From assembly GCF_006345805.1 (NCBI RefSeq), contig NC_043020.1:10664001-10728000 (forward strand): DNA of 64,000 nucleotides. Reading direction: 5' to 3'. Numbering within the stretch: position 1 is the stretch's first letter; the number at the start of each line of letters is the position of its first letter. This DNA is from Octopus sinensis. Its lineage: Eukaryota. The translations under genes were made by a program, and so were the position numbers. This document shows positions 1 to 11,493 of the stretch, one piece after another. The notes under the pieces were generated by a model that saw nothing but the letters and a program-made list of their open reading frames with translations, did no database searches and was not told the origin of the DNA.

Positions 1-335
1 TGGAGTAAATGTCTATAAAAGGAGGCTGGGTAGGGGAAGGCTCTAAATCATAATGTTAATTACCAGTTAAAGGGGCAAGACACTAATAAAACCTATGATG
101 TTAATACAGAGGAAATTTTATCTTGGGGTACTACGGGTGATTGTTTATAAACAATATTGTTATCATAAGGGGGATCAGCCATCTGAATGTGGCTAGGGTC
201 AGGGCGGGGTGGTGGGGGTGTTACTGATGCATTTAGCCCCAGGCGAACATCAACGTCACCAGAAGAGCTGACACCATCTCGGTGTCCTTGCCAGCCTGCA
301 AAGGGAGATCAGCCTCCCCGAAGATACGGATACCA

Positions 336-378
336 CATACAGACCGGTTTCGAGGTTATTGCCTCTTGTCAACGTATG
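336..378 (-). ncRNA. Type I hammerhead ribozyme motif, U3-A8 core variant (copy 1)
   Basis: Minus strand: CATACG-TTGACAA-GAGG(CAATAA)CCTC-GAAA-CCGG-TC/TGTATG; stem I 6 bp with one G-U; GUC triplet. Confidence 0.8.
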
Positions 379-693
379 GTAAGCACCGCTCTTCGTTGAG
401 GGACTTCCTCTACAGGCTGGATGTATAGATTTTCACAGTAACCACAGTCACTGGCGTAGAAAATCCGTTCGAAAACAATAATAAATCTCTGAGCGAGATA
501 TGAACAGTAACTGCTCTATAACATAAGGGGGATCAGCCATCTGAATGTGGCTAGGGTCAGGGCAGGGTGGAGGGCGTGTTACTGATGCATTTAGCCCCAG
601 GCGAACATCAACGTCACCAGAAGAGCTGACACCATCTCGGTGTCCTTGCCAGCCTGCAAAGGGAGATCAGCCTCCCCGAAGATACGGATACTA

Positions 694-736
694 CATACGG
701 ACCGGTTTCGAGGTTATTGCCTCTTGTCAACGTATG
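694..736 (-). ncRNA. Type I hammerhead ribozyme motif, U3-A8 core variant (copy 2)
   Basis: Minus strand: CATACG-TTGACAA-GAGG(CAATAA)CCTC-GAAA-CCGG-TC/CGTATG; perfect 6-bp stem I; GUC triplet. Confidence 0.85.
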
Positions 737-834
737 GTAAGCACCGCTCTTCATGTTGTATAAAAATAAAATTTGAGATGATCAAAAATGATATCATAAC
801 CAAAATAGGTAAAATGTATGTATATATTAATTAT

Positions 835-1224
835 CAACATTCAGTGCCGGTGACAAGTAAGCGAACCATCCGATCATGGCCGTTGCCAGCGCCGCCCCGA
901 CTAGCCTGCATGCCGGTGGCACGTAAAAAGCACCATCCGTTCGTGGCCATTGCCAGCCTTGCCTGGCCCCCGTGCCGGTGGCACGTAAAAAGCACCATCC
1001 GTCCGTGGCTGTTTGCCAGCTCCGTCTGGCACCTGTGCGGGTGGCACGTAAAAAGTACCCACTACACTCATGGAGTGGTTGGCGTTAGGAAGGGCATCCA
1101 GCTGTAGAAACACTGCCAGATCAGACTGGAGCCTGGTGCAGCCTTCTGGCTTCCCAGGTCCCCGGTCGAACCGTCCAACCCATGCTAGCATGGAAAGCGG
1201 ACGCTAAATGATGATGATGATGAT
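835..1224 (+). mobile_element. RTE 3'-UTR copy (short 5'-truncated insertion)
   Basis: Same GGCACGTAAAAAGCACC repeats, GGAAGGGCATCCAGCTGTAGAAAC core and (GAT)n tail as 51330-51630. Other copies at about 5385-5620(-), 5625-5880, 15445-15800(-), 19880-20135, 22945-23285, 24785-25040(-), 30050-30215, 35180-35532, 43610-44087, 47275-47545(-), 55425-55915(-), 56580-56856, 59255-59620(-). Confidence 0.88.
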
Positions 1225-1438
1225 TCGAAAGGAAATATTACATAGAACCAGTTTAATATTCATTCATGTCCCTTAATTATTTATCAGGTGGTTTCTATAA
1301 AGACTGCTCAGGTCATTTACTTATGGAATACTGGAAAGATAAACATGCTATATATATATTAATTATAAGCCAAGAATCAGAAAAATAAAGATGTGTACAG
1401 ACACACACACATATTTATCTATGTGTGCACAGGCCAAA

Positions 1439-1860
1439 ATATTTACACATTTATATGGATATAATATAACCATCTTGTATAGACTTAAGTAACTGAAAAG
1501 TATCTACTTATGAACAAGAAAAATAACAATTTATAAGAGATAAAAGGTTAATAGGTTATGCACATATATGCATATATACACATATACAAATATTTACACA
1601 TTTATATGGATATAATATAACCATCTCGTATAGACTTAAGTAACTGAAAAGTATCTATTTACGAATAAGAAAAATAACAATTTAGAAAGGATAAAAGGTT
1701 AATAGGTTATGCACATATATGCATATAAACACATACAAATATTTATCCATTTATATGGACATAGTATAACCATCTCGCATAGACCTAAGTAGCTGAAAAA
1801 TCTCTATTTATGATCAGTAACAATTTATAAGGGATAAGAGGTTAATAGGTAAGGATATCA
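1439..1860. repeat. AT-rich tandem repeat, ~150-nt unit, about 3 copies
   Basis: ATATTTACACATTTATATGGATATAATATAACCATC... recurs at about 1439, 1589 and 1738. Confidence 0.85.
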
Positions 1861-2379
1861 AAATAAGAAAACAAAATGATAAGGTTTATGATGTGAGGCT
1901 TGGCTGTGATCGGTAGGCATTCTGGCCTTGATAAATTCTGTTTGACCCATGGAAAAGTGGGCGCTTAAACAATAACGATGATGATAACTGGGAAGGCTAT
2001 AAATGTGTGAATATATTTTACATCTGCTTCCATGTTGGCACAGGTTGGATGGTTTGATAGGATCTAACAGGTTGGAGCAGCGTGGTCTTGCTCCAATGTC
2101 TGAACTTTGGATAGGTTCCTTAGCTGGATGCCTTTCCTAATACTAACCACTTTAAAGAGTGTCTGGGCCTCAACAATGGCTAAAAAAAATTCCTTTCAGG
2201 TTCTGTACTGTCTCTGCTCAATTTCCCAACCACTTTACAGAGAACAGAGGGTGCATTCATCATGCACCAACACTAGAAGTGTCACCTTGTATGTCAGAGA
2301 CAAAAAACCCCTAATAACTGAGAGGGACAGAGAATGAAAACTTTATTATGAAAAGAAAACATTTTTATATAAACATGCA

Positions 2380-2381
2380 TA

Positions 2382-2453
<72 letters not shown>

Positions 2454-2479
2454 ATAATATATATATATATATGTGTGTG

Positions 2480-2516
<37 letters not shown>

Positions 2517-2660
2517 ATATATGTATATATATATATATATATATATCTATATGTGTGTGTGTGTGTATATATATATACATATATGTATATATATATATAT
2601 GACGATGATGATGATGATGATGATATGTGTATATATATGTGTGTGTATATATATATGTAT
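2380..2660. repeat. Compound (TA)n/(TG)n/(GAT)n microsatellite
   Basis: Direct reading. Confidence 0.95.
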
Positions 2661-3090
2661 CACCATCATTATTTTAATGTCCACTTTTTAGTGCTTGTAT
2701 GGGTTGTATGGAATTTATTGAAGCAAGATTCCTACGGCTGGATGTCCTTTCTGTTGTCAACTGTTTCTAAATAAGGGAAACTATTTTTTTTTTCTGTGGG
2801 ATTCTGGAAACAAACACTAATGCCTGTATAGCAGGGATGCCTATTTACCATCCTCACATAATGTCAAGACAAGGATATGTACACACAAACACATGCATCA
2901 GTTTCTTCATTTCAACTTCCCATGTAAAAATATAACCTAAAATATAACATAAAAGAGGAATGAAAGTGGAGAGGGTATTTGTGGTGTTTTCACTTTGAAA
3001 TGTTTACTGGTCATTCCAGACGGATGTAACTGATATGGTCGGCGTTGATAATGATGGTGGTGAGGTGGTGTCATCAGTACGGTTACTTAC

Positions 3091-3277
3091 ATCTCATGTT
3101 TCCAGATGATGTGAGGCTTGGCTGTGATCGGTAGGCATGTTCAAACAGAGTGTGACTCAACTGGCAGGAAGCTATGGCGAGGTGGGTGAGTGCCGGGAGA
3201 TGTCTGAGCAGAGCCATGAGTGTGTCACTGCACTCATCTGTTAAATGGTTGTAGCTGAGATTGAGTGACTCCAGCTT
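3091..3277 (-). CDS. TONSL: TONSL exon: LRRs (last exon found in window)
   Basis: TCTTACAG|AAG...AGAT|GTAAGT; KLESLNLSYNHLTDECSDTLMALLRHLPALTHLAIASCQL...; 187 nt, phase 0/1; no convincing further exon found in 1-3090. Confidence 0.9.
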
Positions 3278-3355
3278 CTGTAAGACAAACACTTAGGAAC
3301 ATGAGACATAAAGAGAAGTATAGATACAGGTTTAACTCAAACCAATGGATGTATT

Positions 3356-3940
3356 AGAATATATAACGAGAAGGTTTACGAAAATAAACAAAAGACGAAG
3401 GCAGGTGGAGTACAAACAAACAAATGTATTAGTATGGCACTCAGGGATAGAAATAGAACAAGTCTTTTACGTTTCGAGCCTACACTCTCTGACAGAAAGA
3501 TACACAGAAAAAATCAAGGAGAGAAACAAGGAGAGAAAAGTTCAAAGTTAAAAGTGTAGACGTCGTGGTGTATTTCAAGGATTTCACATCAATAACAAAG
3601 TCACTTTGATCCATGTAGGAGAGGTGCAGCCAGAGGGTAGGTGTCCTTAGAGGTAAAAAAATCCAATGGAGAGGTTAATGTCCATCGAGGAAAGGTAAGA
3701 GTTGGTAGTGGTAGTGGTAGAATATAGGATAAAAGTGAGACGACGTGAGCGCGTGATATATAACAGGAAGGTTTACGAAAATAAACAAAAGACGAAGGCA
3801 GGTGGAGTACAAACAAACAAATGTATTAGTATGGCGCTCAGGAATGGAAATAGAACAAGTCTTTTACGTTTCGAGCCTATGCTCTTCGACAGAAAGATAC
3901 ACAGAAAAAAAAAGGAGAAACAAGGAGAGAAATAAAATGC
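3356..3940 (-). mobile_element. Element with two ~185-nt direct repeats (period 397), each carrying a minimal hammerhead-like motif
   Basis: GTTTCGAGCC at 3471 and 3868; hammerhead-like folds at 3463-3500 and 3860-3897 on the minus strand. Confidence 0.75.
3860..3897 (-). ncRNA. Minimal type I hammerhead-like motif with CUGUCGA core
   Basis: Minus strand: TCTTT-CTGTCGA-A-GAGC(ATAG)GCTC-GAAA-CG-TA/AAAGA; all helices pair; A6 replaced by U. Confidence 0.6.
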
Positions 3941-4109
3941 GTGTAGGAGCTAACGATCTATCATGGCAGAATATATATATGCTGGCAAAGCTGTATGGTT
4001 AAGAAACTATCTTTCATGATATCTGGGGCAGGTGTCTTCCACTATAAATCTAGGTCAACCAATGCTGAGTGAATTTGGTAGACAAAAACTGAAAGATGTT
4101 CATTGTATA

Positions 4110-4562
4110 TATGAGCAGGTGCTGAAAAGTCCCTGGCTTTCAGGGTATCATGAAAGGCCTGGTTCGAGGACCAGCCTTCCAAGTTCTTTTATAGGGCCTA
4201 GAAAAACTGAAGGGCTGCTGCAATAAATATGTGGATTTGAGAGGGGAATATGTTGAATAAAATCATAATTAACTAATCCTCTTGTATTTTCTTTTACCGA
4301 AAGCCAGGAACTTTTCAGCACTCCCTTGTATTCACACACACACACAAGAGGGTGCAGAAAAATTCTTTGCTTTAAGGGTATCACAAAAAGCCGGGTTCGT
4401 AGCCCAACCTACTGAGTTCTTTTACAGGGCCTAAAAAAACTGAAGGACTACTGCAATAAGTGTGTGAATCTGGGAGGGGAATATGTTGGATAAAATCATA
4501 ATTAACTGATCCTCTTGTATTTTATCTCACCCAAAGCTAAGAACTTTTCAACACCTCCTTGT
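4110..4562. mobile_element. Two tandem ~225-nt mariner-like MITEs
   Basis: Each bounded by GTGCTGAAAAGT(T/C)CCTGGCTTT...AAAGCCAGGAACTTTTCAGCAC-type inverted termini. Confidence 0.7.
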
Positions 4563-4567
4563 CTGTC

Positions 4568-4643
<76 letters not shown>

Positions 4644-6589
4644 TGTATGGATGGATAGATAAGTGTGTCTTTGTGTTTGTCACCCCTCCTCAAAGCCTGG
4701 CAACCAGTGTTGGCTTGTTTACGTATCCATATCAAAGTGGATCAGTAAAAGAGAACCATAAAGTAAGTACCCGACTTAAAAGTAACAACTGGGGGTCTAT
4801 TTGCCAGACTAAAACCTTCAAGACGGTACCCCAGCATGGTCACTGTCCAACAACTCAAACAAGAAAAAGTTAAAGAGATATGATGGATTCTACACTGGTC
4901 CAAGTGCATTCTAGTTATTTCATCAACAGAACTACACCCTTCATCTACAGGCGGCTGAGAACTCCACAGGTACTTATACCAAGAAGTACATAACACCCAG
5001 GTACCATCCACACAATGGGTTCTCATGTAAGTCCCTGTCAACTCAGTTTCACTGATAAAGGTTTGACTGATATAAGTCTGCAGCCATGATAGGAGAAAAA
5101 CACATGTAGCCAATGTGGAACAAAAATTTCATGCCTTACATCCATTGCTTGACGGACTGCCAATAAGATATGTGTGTATATATGATGGCTGCTTCATCTT
5201 GACAGATGATAGCTATCCCATGTCCCCTAAACACACATCATATCCTATCACACAGCATAATCCCTCAGTTGATGAGCCCCCAGATGACTTTTAACACCAG
5301 CTGCTGACTGACAGGGTTTAAAACACAAGTGACAGACATTAAATTTTATATATACATATACTGAACTGGGGTCTGGGAAGCCAGAAGGCTGCACCAGGCC
5401 CAGTCTGATCTGGCAGTGTTTCTACGGCTGGATGCCCTTCCTAATGCCAACCACTCCATGAGTGTAGTGGGTGCTTTTTACGTGCCACCGGCACAGGTGC
5501 CAGGCGAGGCTGGCAAACGGCCACATTCAGATGGTGCTTTTTACGTGCCACCAGCACGGAGGCCAGGCGAGGCTGGCAACGGCCATGATCGGATGGTACT
5601 TATTACTTGCCACTGGCCCAACTGGCTTCCATACCGGTGGCACGTAAAAAGCACCATCCAATCGTGGCCATTTGCCAGATTTGTCTGGCACCTGTGCTGG
5701 TGGCACGTAAAAAGTACCCACTACACTCATGAAGTGGTTGGCGTTAGGAAGGGCATCCAGCTGTAGAAACATTGCCAGATCAGACTGGAGCCTGGTGCAG
5801 CCTTCTGGCTTCCGAGGTCACCGGTCGAACCGTCCAACCCATGCTTGCATGGAGAACGGACGTTAAACGATGATGAAGACTGTCATCATTATTTTAGTGT
5901 TCATTTTTCCATGCTTGCAGAGAGATTTTCTATGGCTGGATGCCCTTATATACATATATAACATGACTAGACATGTTGCTAGAGAATACTGGTAATGAAC
6001 AACATTTATTTACAACATGTGATATCAAAGCAAGAAAGAAACACACAAACACACACAACAGGCTTCTTTTAGTTTCCATCAACCAAATATACTCATAAGC
6101 TTTTGTTGACCTGGGGCCAGATACACTTTGCTCAAGATGCCATGCATTGGGACTAAACTTGGAAACATGTAGTCAGATAGAAAATTTATAGTGGTGGCGA
6201 GCTGGCAGAAACGTTAGCATGCCGGGTGAAATACGTAGCCGTATTTCATCTGTCGTTACGTTCTGAGTTCAAATTCCGCCGAGGTCGACTTTGCCTTTCA
6301 TCCTTTCGGGGTCGATAAATTAAGTACCAGTTACGCACTGGGGTCGATGTAATCGACTTAATACCTGTGTCTGTCCTTGTTTGTCCCCTCTGTGTTTAGC
6401 TCCTTGTGGGTAATAAAGAAATAGGTAGAAAATTTCCCAACCACACAAGTACACATACACACACACATACATACACAACCACCCATTGACCCTGGATGGC
6501 TTTAATGGTGCATCAACAAAGCTACAATAACAGGAACATCCTGCACTATTACAACAGTAAGAACAAAGATTAAAGGGATTGTACATTAC

Positions 6590-6795
6590 CTGTAAAGGTT
6601 TCTTAGCAAGACCCCAAGGTACAGTGTCCTGCTGACCAGTAATGGAAGGGCCATATGTTGCTTCAAGTACACTGTTCAGCTCCTTTAAGCCTTTCAGAGT
6701 GATACCATTGCAAGAGATGTCCAATGAAGTTAGAGATGGTATAGTATTGAGAACTTTGGCCAAAGATTGAAGGCCAACATCACCAAGACGATTAC
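6590..6795 (-). CDS. TONSL: TONSL exon: LRRs
   Basis: CATCTTGCAG|GT...CAG|GTAATG; (G)NRLGDVGLQSLAKVLNTIPSLTSLDISCNGITLKGLKEL...; RI-type LRR pattern; 206 nt, phase 1/0. Confidence 0.93.
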
Positions 6796-7004
6796 CTGCA
6801 AGATGAAAAAAAAGACAGAAGTAAAGTAGCAATGACTGGATGAACTTTTACTTATATTTTTGTTGAAATATAGGGCCCGTTATTTTAACTAATTTGGAAA
6901 ATATTGAAGGATTTAGTAAAATAACTTTATTATTAAACTGGTAATTGACGCACAAATCAACAAGAAAGTTTGATGCAAGATTTTAATTTAAATCACTTCA
7001 AAAC

Positions 7005-7124
7005 AACATATTCCCCTCCCAGATTCACACACTTGTTGTAGTGGTCCTTCAGTTTTCTTAGGCCCTATAAAAAAAACTCAGTAGGTTGGGCTACGAACCC
7101 TTAAAGCAAAGAATTTTTCTGCAC

Positions 7125-7160
<36 letters not shown>

Positions 7161-7262
7161 ACAAGGGAGTGCTGAAAAGTTCCTGGCTTTCGGTAAAAGA
7201 AAATACAAGAGGATTAGTTAATTATGATTTTATTCAACATATTCCCCTCTCAAATCCACATA
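7005..7262 (-). repeat. Inverted copy of the MITE-MITE junction at 4228-4490
   Basis: Reverse complement matches 4228-4490; about 115 nt identical, plus a short internal deletion. Confidence 0.85.
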
Positions 7263-7781
7263 AGCCAAGGGTCATCTCACACAGGTTTATACCAATACAG
7301 ACTGGTAGCATAAATACCAGACTTAAAAAAAAAACACACACACACAAGTACTAGGGTCCATCCACTTGACAAAGACTCATCAAGTCAATGCCCCAGCATG
7401 ACCACAATTGAGGAACTGAAACAAGAGATAAAAGGCAATAACATATAAGTGTGAGTATGTTATTAGAAGGTGAGTCATTTGACTGTGGCCATGCTGGAGC
7501 ACTACCTTTAGTCGAGCAAATCGACCCCAGGATTTATTCTTTTGTAAGCCTAGTACTTATTTTATCGGTCTCTTTTGCTGAACCGCTAAATTACAGGGAC
7601 ATAAACACATCAGTATCAGTTGTCAAGTGATGGTGGGGGTACAAACAGACACACAAACATATACATACATACACACACACACATATATGTGTGTGTATAT
7701 ATATATAATAAATTCAGGGTGAATACTTGATAAATGTAAGCACCTGTATACCAGCTAGTAGCAGAGGTGAGAGGATGTATG

Positions 7782-7813
<32 letters not shown>

Positions 7814-7939
7814 ATGTATGTATATATGTATATATATATATATATTATATACTATATATATACATGTACATGTATGTATATATGTATATATATATATGTA
7901 TAATATATATACTATATATATATATATATATATGTATAT

Positions 7940-7975
<36 letters not shown>

Positions 7976-7995
7976 ATATACATGTATATGTATAT

Positions 7996-8032
<37 letters not shown>

Positions 8033-8168
8033 GTATATATATATATATATATATATATTGATATATATATATATATATATATATATTGTGTGTGTGTATA
8101 TATATGTATATATTATATGTATATATATTATATATATATAGATATAATATATAGTATATATATATGTA

Positions 8169-8676
8169 TGGCATGTATGTATAATGCCCTCTATATATAA
8201 ATTAATATGTTCAATAAGAAATAATTATTTTCGAAATTGTTTCTCTTATGAGGTTTCACGCTATCTACCTGACAATTCTTGTTAAGTTTCCTTATTAAGT
8301 AGTTGTCCTTAATTGCTAAATTTTTATTCCGAAAAAAACTTTTCCTCTCCCGAAATGCAATTCGTAAAGTTTGCCATTTATCCGGATGTAATAATGTAAA
8401 CTCACCATGTGCTTTGTTGATGTGATCAGTAGCTGATCGGCTTAAGCGGGGCAGGGTCGTTGTTTATTTATAATACATTCAGGCCTGCTGATGAATACGT
8501 AAGTATGAAATCACTGTGATACAGGTCTATATTTTTAAATGTCTTACTTTGAAAAATTGCATTCGGTGGGATTAGTAATATTTTGTGGTAGAAATGACTA
8601 ATTGTCCCTCTTAGCGTGTGGCATTTATGTATAATGCTTCTGGCATGTATGTATAATGCCCTCTATATATAAATTA
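8169..8676 (+). mobile_element. 472-nt unit with a 36-nt terminal direct repeat and an internal hammerhead
   Basis: TGGCATGTATGTATAATGCCCTCTATATATAAATTA at 8169-8204 and 8641-8676. Confidence 0.65.
8481..8528 (+). ncRNA. Type I hammerhead ribozyme motif, canonical core
   Basis: AGGCCTG-CTGATGA-ATAC(GTAA)GTAT-GAAA-TCACTGTGA-TA/CAGGTCT; stem I 7 bp with one G-U; AUA triplet. Confidence 0.8.
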
Positions 8677-8857
8677 TATATATTATATATGTATATATAT
8701 TTTTTGTCAAGATTAATCAGCCGAAATTGCGAAGATGATCTGGTTCTTGACTGATGACTGAGAGCTTTGAAAGTCCCGTCTGTGTGTTTTTTGTCGTCTT
8801 CAAAATGTTTCACGTTCTTGTCCCAGTTGTGTTTTTTTAACGTTTACATATATATGC

Positions 8858-8914
<57 letters not shown>

Positions 8915-9453
8915 TATGTATAGATATATGTATATTATATATATATATGTATATATGTCTATATATATATATATATGTATATATATCTATATATATGTAT
9001 ATAATATATATATATTATATATATATATATGTATATATTATGTATATGTATATATTAATATATATATTATATATATATTATAATATATATGTATATATGT
9101 ATATATATATATGTGTGTATATATATATATACATATGTATATATATGTATATATGTATATGTTATAATATATATATATGTATATGTATATTGTATATATG
9201 TATTTGTATATATTGTATGTATATATATGTGTGTATCTATATATGGTATATATATATGTGTGTATATTATATAGATATATATATATATAATATGTGTATA
9301 TAATAGATATATATATGTGGCGTTTTTTTGACTTTTTATTAAAATTTATGTATTGATTGAGTCTTTCCTTGTTTGTTTTGCAAATAGTGGTTTTGTCTCT
9401 AATATATTATATATACATATATATATATATATACACACACATATATATATACA

Positions 9454-9486
<33 letters not shown>

Positions 9487-9516
9487 ACATATATACATAT
9501 ATACATATATAATTAT

Positions 9517-9547
<31 letters not shown>

Positions 9548-9581
9548 TACATATTTAATATATAATATATATATACATATA

Positions 9582-9623
<42 letters not shown>

Positions 9624-9628
9624 CACAT

Positions 9629-9664
<36 letters not shown>

Positions 9665-9753
9665 TATATACATATATATATATATATACCCACATATATA
9701 TATATACTATATATATACATATATATATATATATTATATACACATATATATAT

Positions 9754-9784
<31 letters not shown>

Positions 9785-9991
9785 ACACATATATATATAC
9801 ATATATACATATACATATATATATTACATATATATATATATATACATATATATATAAATGGCGGTGCCCCAGCATGGCCACAGCTCATAAGCTGAAACTG
9901 GAAAATCAAAAAAATCAAAATCAATCAATCAAAAATATAATAATATATATGTATATATATAATGTATATAATAATATATATATATATATTA

Positions 9992-10093
9992 TATAGAGGA
10001 GCTTCTACAGGACTAGAATGTTTCATTCAAGAGAAATCTTCGAAGATTTCTCTTGAATGAAACAGTTCTAGTCCTGTAGAAGCTCCTTCTATA
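9992..10093. repeat. Zero-spacer ~100-bp palindrome
   Basis: ...CTACAGGACTAGAATGTTTCATTCAAGAGAAATCTTC|GAAGATTTCTCTTGAATGAAACAGTTCTAGTCCTGTAG..., centred between 10041 and 10042. Confidence 0.95.
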
Positions 10094-10200
10094 TAATAAT
10101 TAATTTTACTCTGCTATGTATTGAGTACCTTATTTACTGTGGTTAACCCCGAATCAACCGGGACCTACATTATATATATATATATATATATAGATATATG

Positions 10201-10245
<45 letters not shown>

Positions 10246-10286
10246 GTATATATATGTATATGTATATATATATGTATATATATATG

Positions 10287-10321
<35 letters not shown>

Positions 10322-10353
10322 GTGTATAATATATATATATATATATATATGTG

Positions 10354-10393
<40 letters not shown>

Positions 10394-10445
10394 TATATAT
10401 ATTATATATGTGTATATATATATATATATATTCTATATATATATA

Positions 10446-10485
<40 letters not shown>

Positions 10486-11493
10486 AGAGTTCACGAAAAA
10501 ACAAAAGACGAAGACAGATGGTGTACAAAACAAACAGATGTATTAGTATAACGCTCAGGAATAGAAAAAGCCTTTTACATTTCGAGCCTACGTTCTTCTA
10601 CAGAAAAGGACACAGAAAAAACAAGGAGAGAAAAAAATGTGTGTAGTGGCTAACGATCTATCATGGCGACTAGTGCCGGAGATATATGTATATATACGAT
10701 GGGCTTCTTTCAGTTTCCCTCTCCCAAATCCACTCACAAGACTTTGATCGGCCAGAGGCTATAGTAGAAGACACTTGCCCAATGTGCCATGCAGTGGGAC
10801 CAAACCCGGAACCATGTGGTTGGTAAGCAAGCTACTTACCACACAACCACTCCCGTGCCTTTGACTTGTATAAACTCTCATTGATTTCCATTTACTGAAT
10901 TCTTTGTAACAGAACGGTCAATGGTAAGATAGGTTGCTAGTTACAAAAGTCTTCATTATGAGAAGATATATAGGAAGTCAATAACACAAGAGCTGTTGGT
11001 GTCGTTGCCAGACAGTTTGATGAAAGCCTTTATTTTGAAACTTCAAAGTCACTGTCTCCCTTCTTGTAAAACCTAATGAAATATCTCCTCCATAAAATGT
11101 ATTGAGCACTTCTCCAGTTTAATATTGTCTTTAAAATAACTCAACATAAATCAAACATTAAGCTACACAAACAAAGGCATGTTATAAAATGTTGTCTGAA
11201 TTGTTTCCATCACATTAGTAGATCATAAAAATATATACTGTGTTTATGAAAAAATATTTATCCCTCACCAGATGGAATACTTTTTTTTTTTTGTATAAAC
11301 ACTAAGTCCTACGTATCAAGTTTAAAGATTTTAGTTAACAGAATATATTCAATAAGATATTTTGTGTTTTTGCTTTAAGATATATTGTGGATTTTGCTCG
11401 ATTTTTATGAAAATTACGTATTTTTATATATATTTATACTTTCTTATTAGATAATATACGTATATTTATTTAATTATTTTATTGTTTTCATCT

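Larger units (their letters stand above)
164..752 (-). mobile_element. Tandem 358-nt ribozyme-bearing unit (two ~230-nt direct repeats), retrozyme/PLE pLTR-like
   Basis: Near-identical repeats at 164-394 and 522-752 (period 358), each with a hammerhead on the minus strand. Confidence 0.8.
7770..10485. repeat. Cluster of long degenerate (TA)n/(TATG)n blocks (about 7770-8165, 8840-9320, 9400-9860, 10145-10485)
   Basis: Direct reading; these blocks explain the Y/I-rich spurious ORFs. Confidence 0.95.

Noticed and set aside
187-763. Duplicated 70-72-aa ORFs
   Set aside because: They follow from the 358-nt repeat; there is no recognisable protein, and the structured signal is the opposite-strand hammerhead.
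1270-1335. Acceptor-like TTTCCAG on the minus strand as a possible next TONSL exon
   Set aside because: The frame closes after 3 further codons with no LRR similarity; a short terminal exon cannot be excluded without RNA data.
8741-8790. CTGATGA...GAAA resembling a hammerhead (related CTGAAGA on the minus strand at about 13880)
   Set aside because: No stem I or stem II pairing could be built.
7767-10646. Many Y/I/C-rich ORFs (also 2348-2774)
   Set aside because: Translations of (TA)n microsatellites.
10860-11290. Possible piggyBac-like transposase remnant
   Set aside because: Only faint resemblance across many stops; needs tBLASTn.
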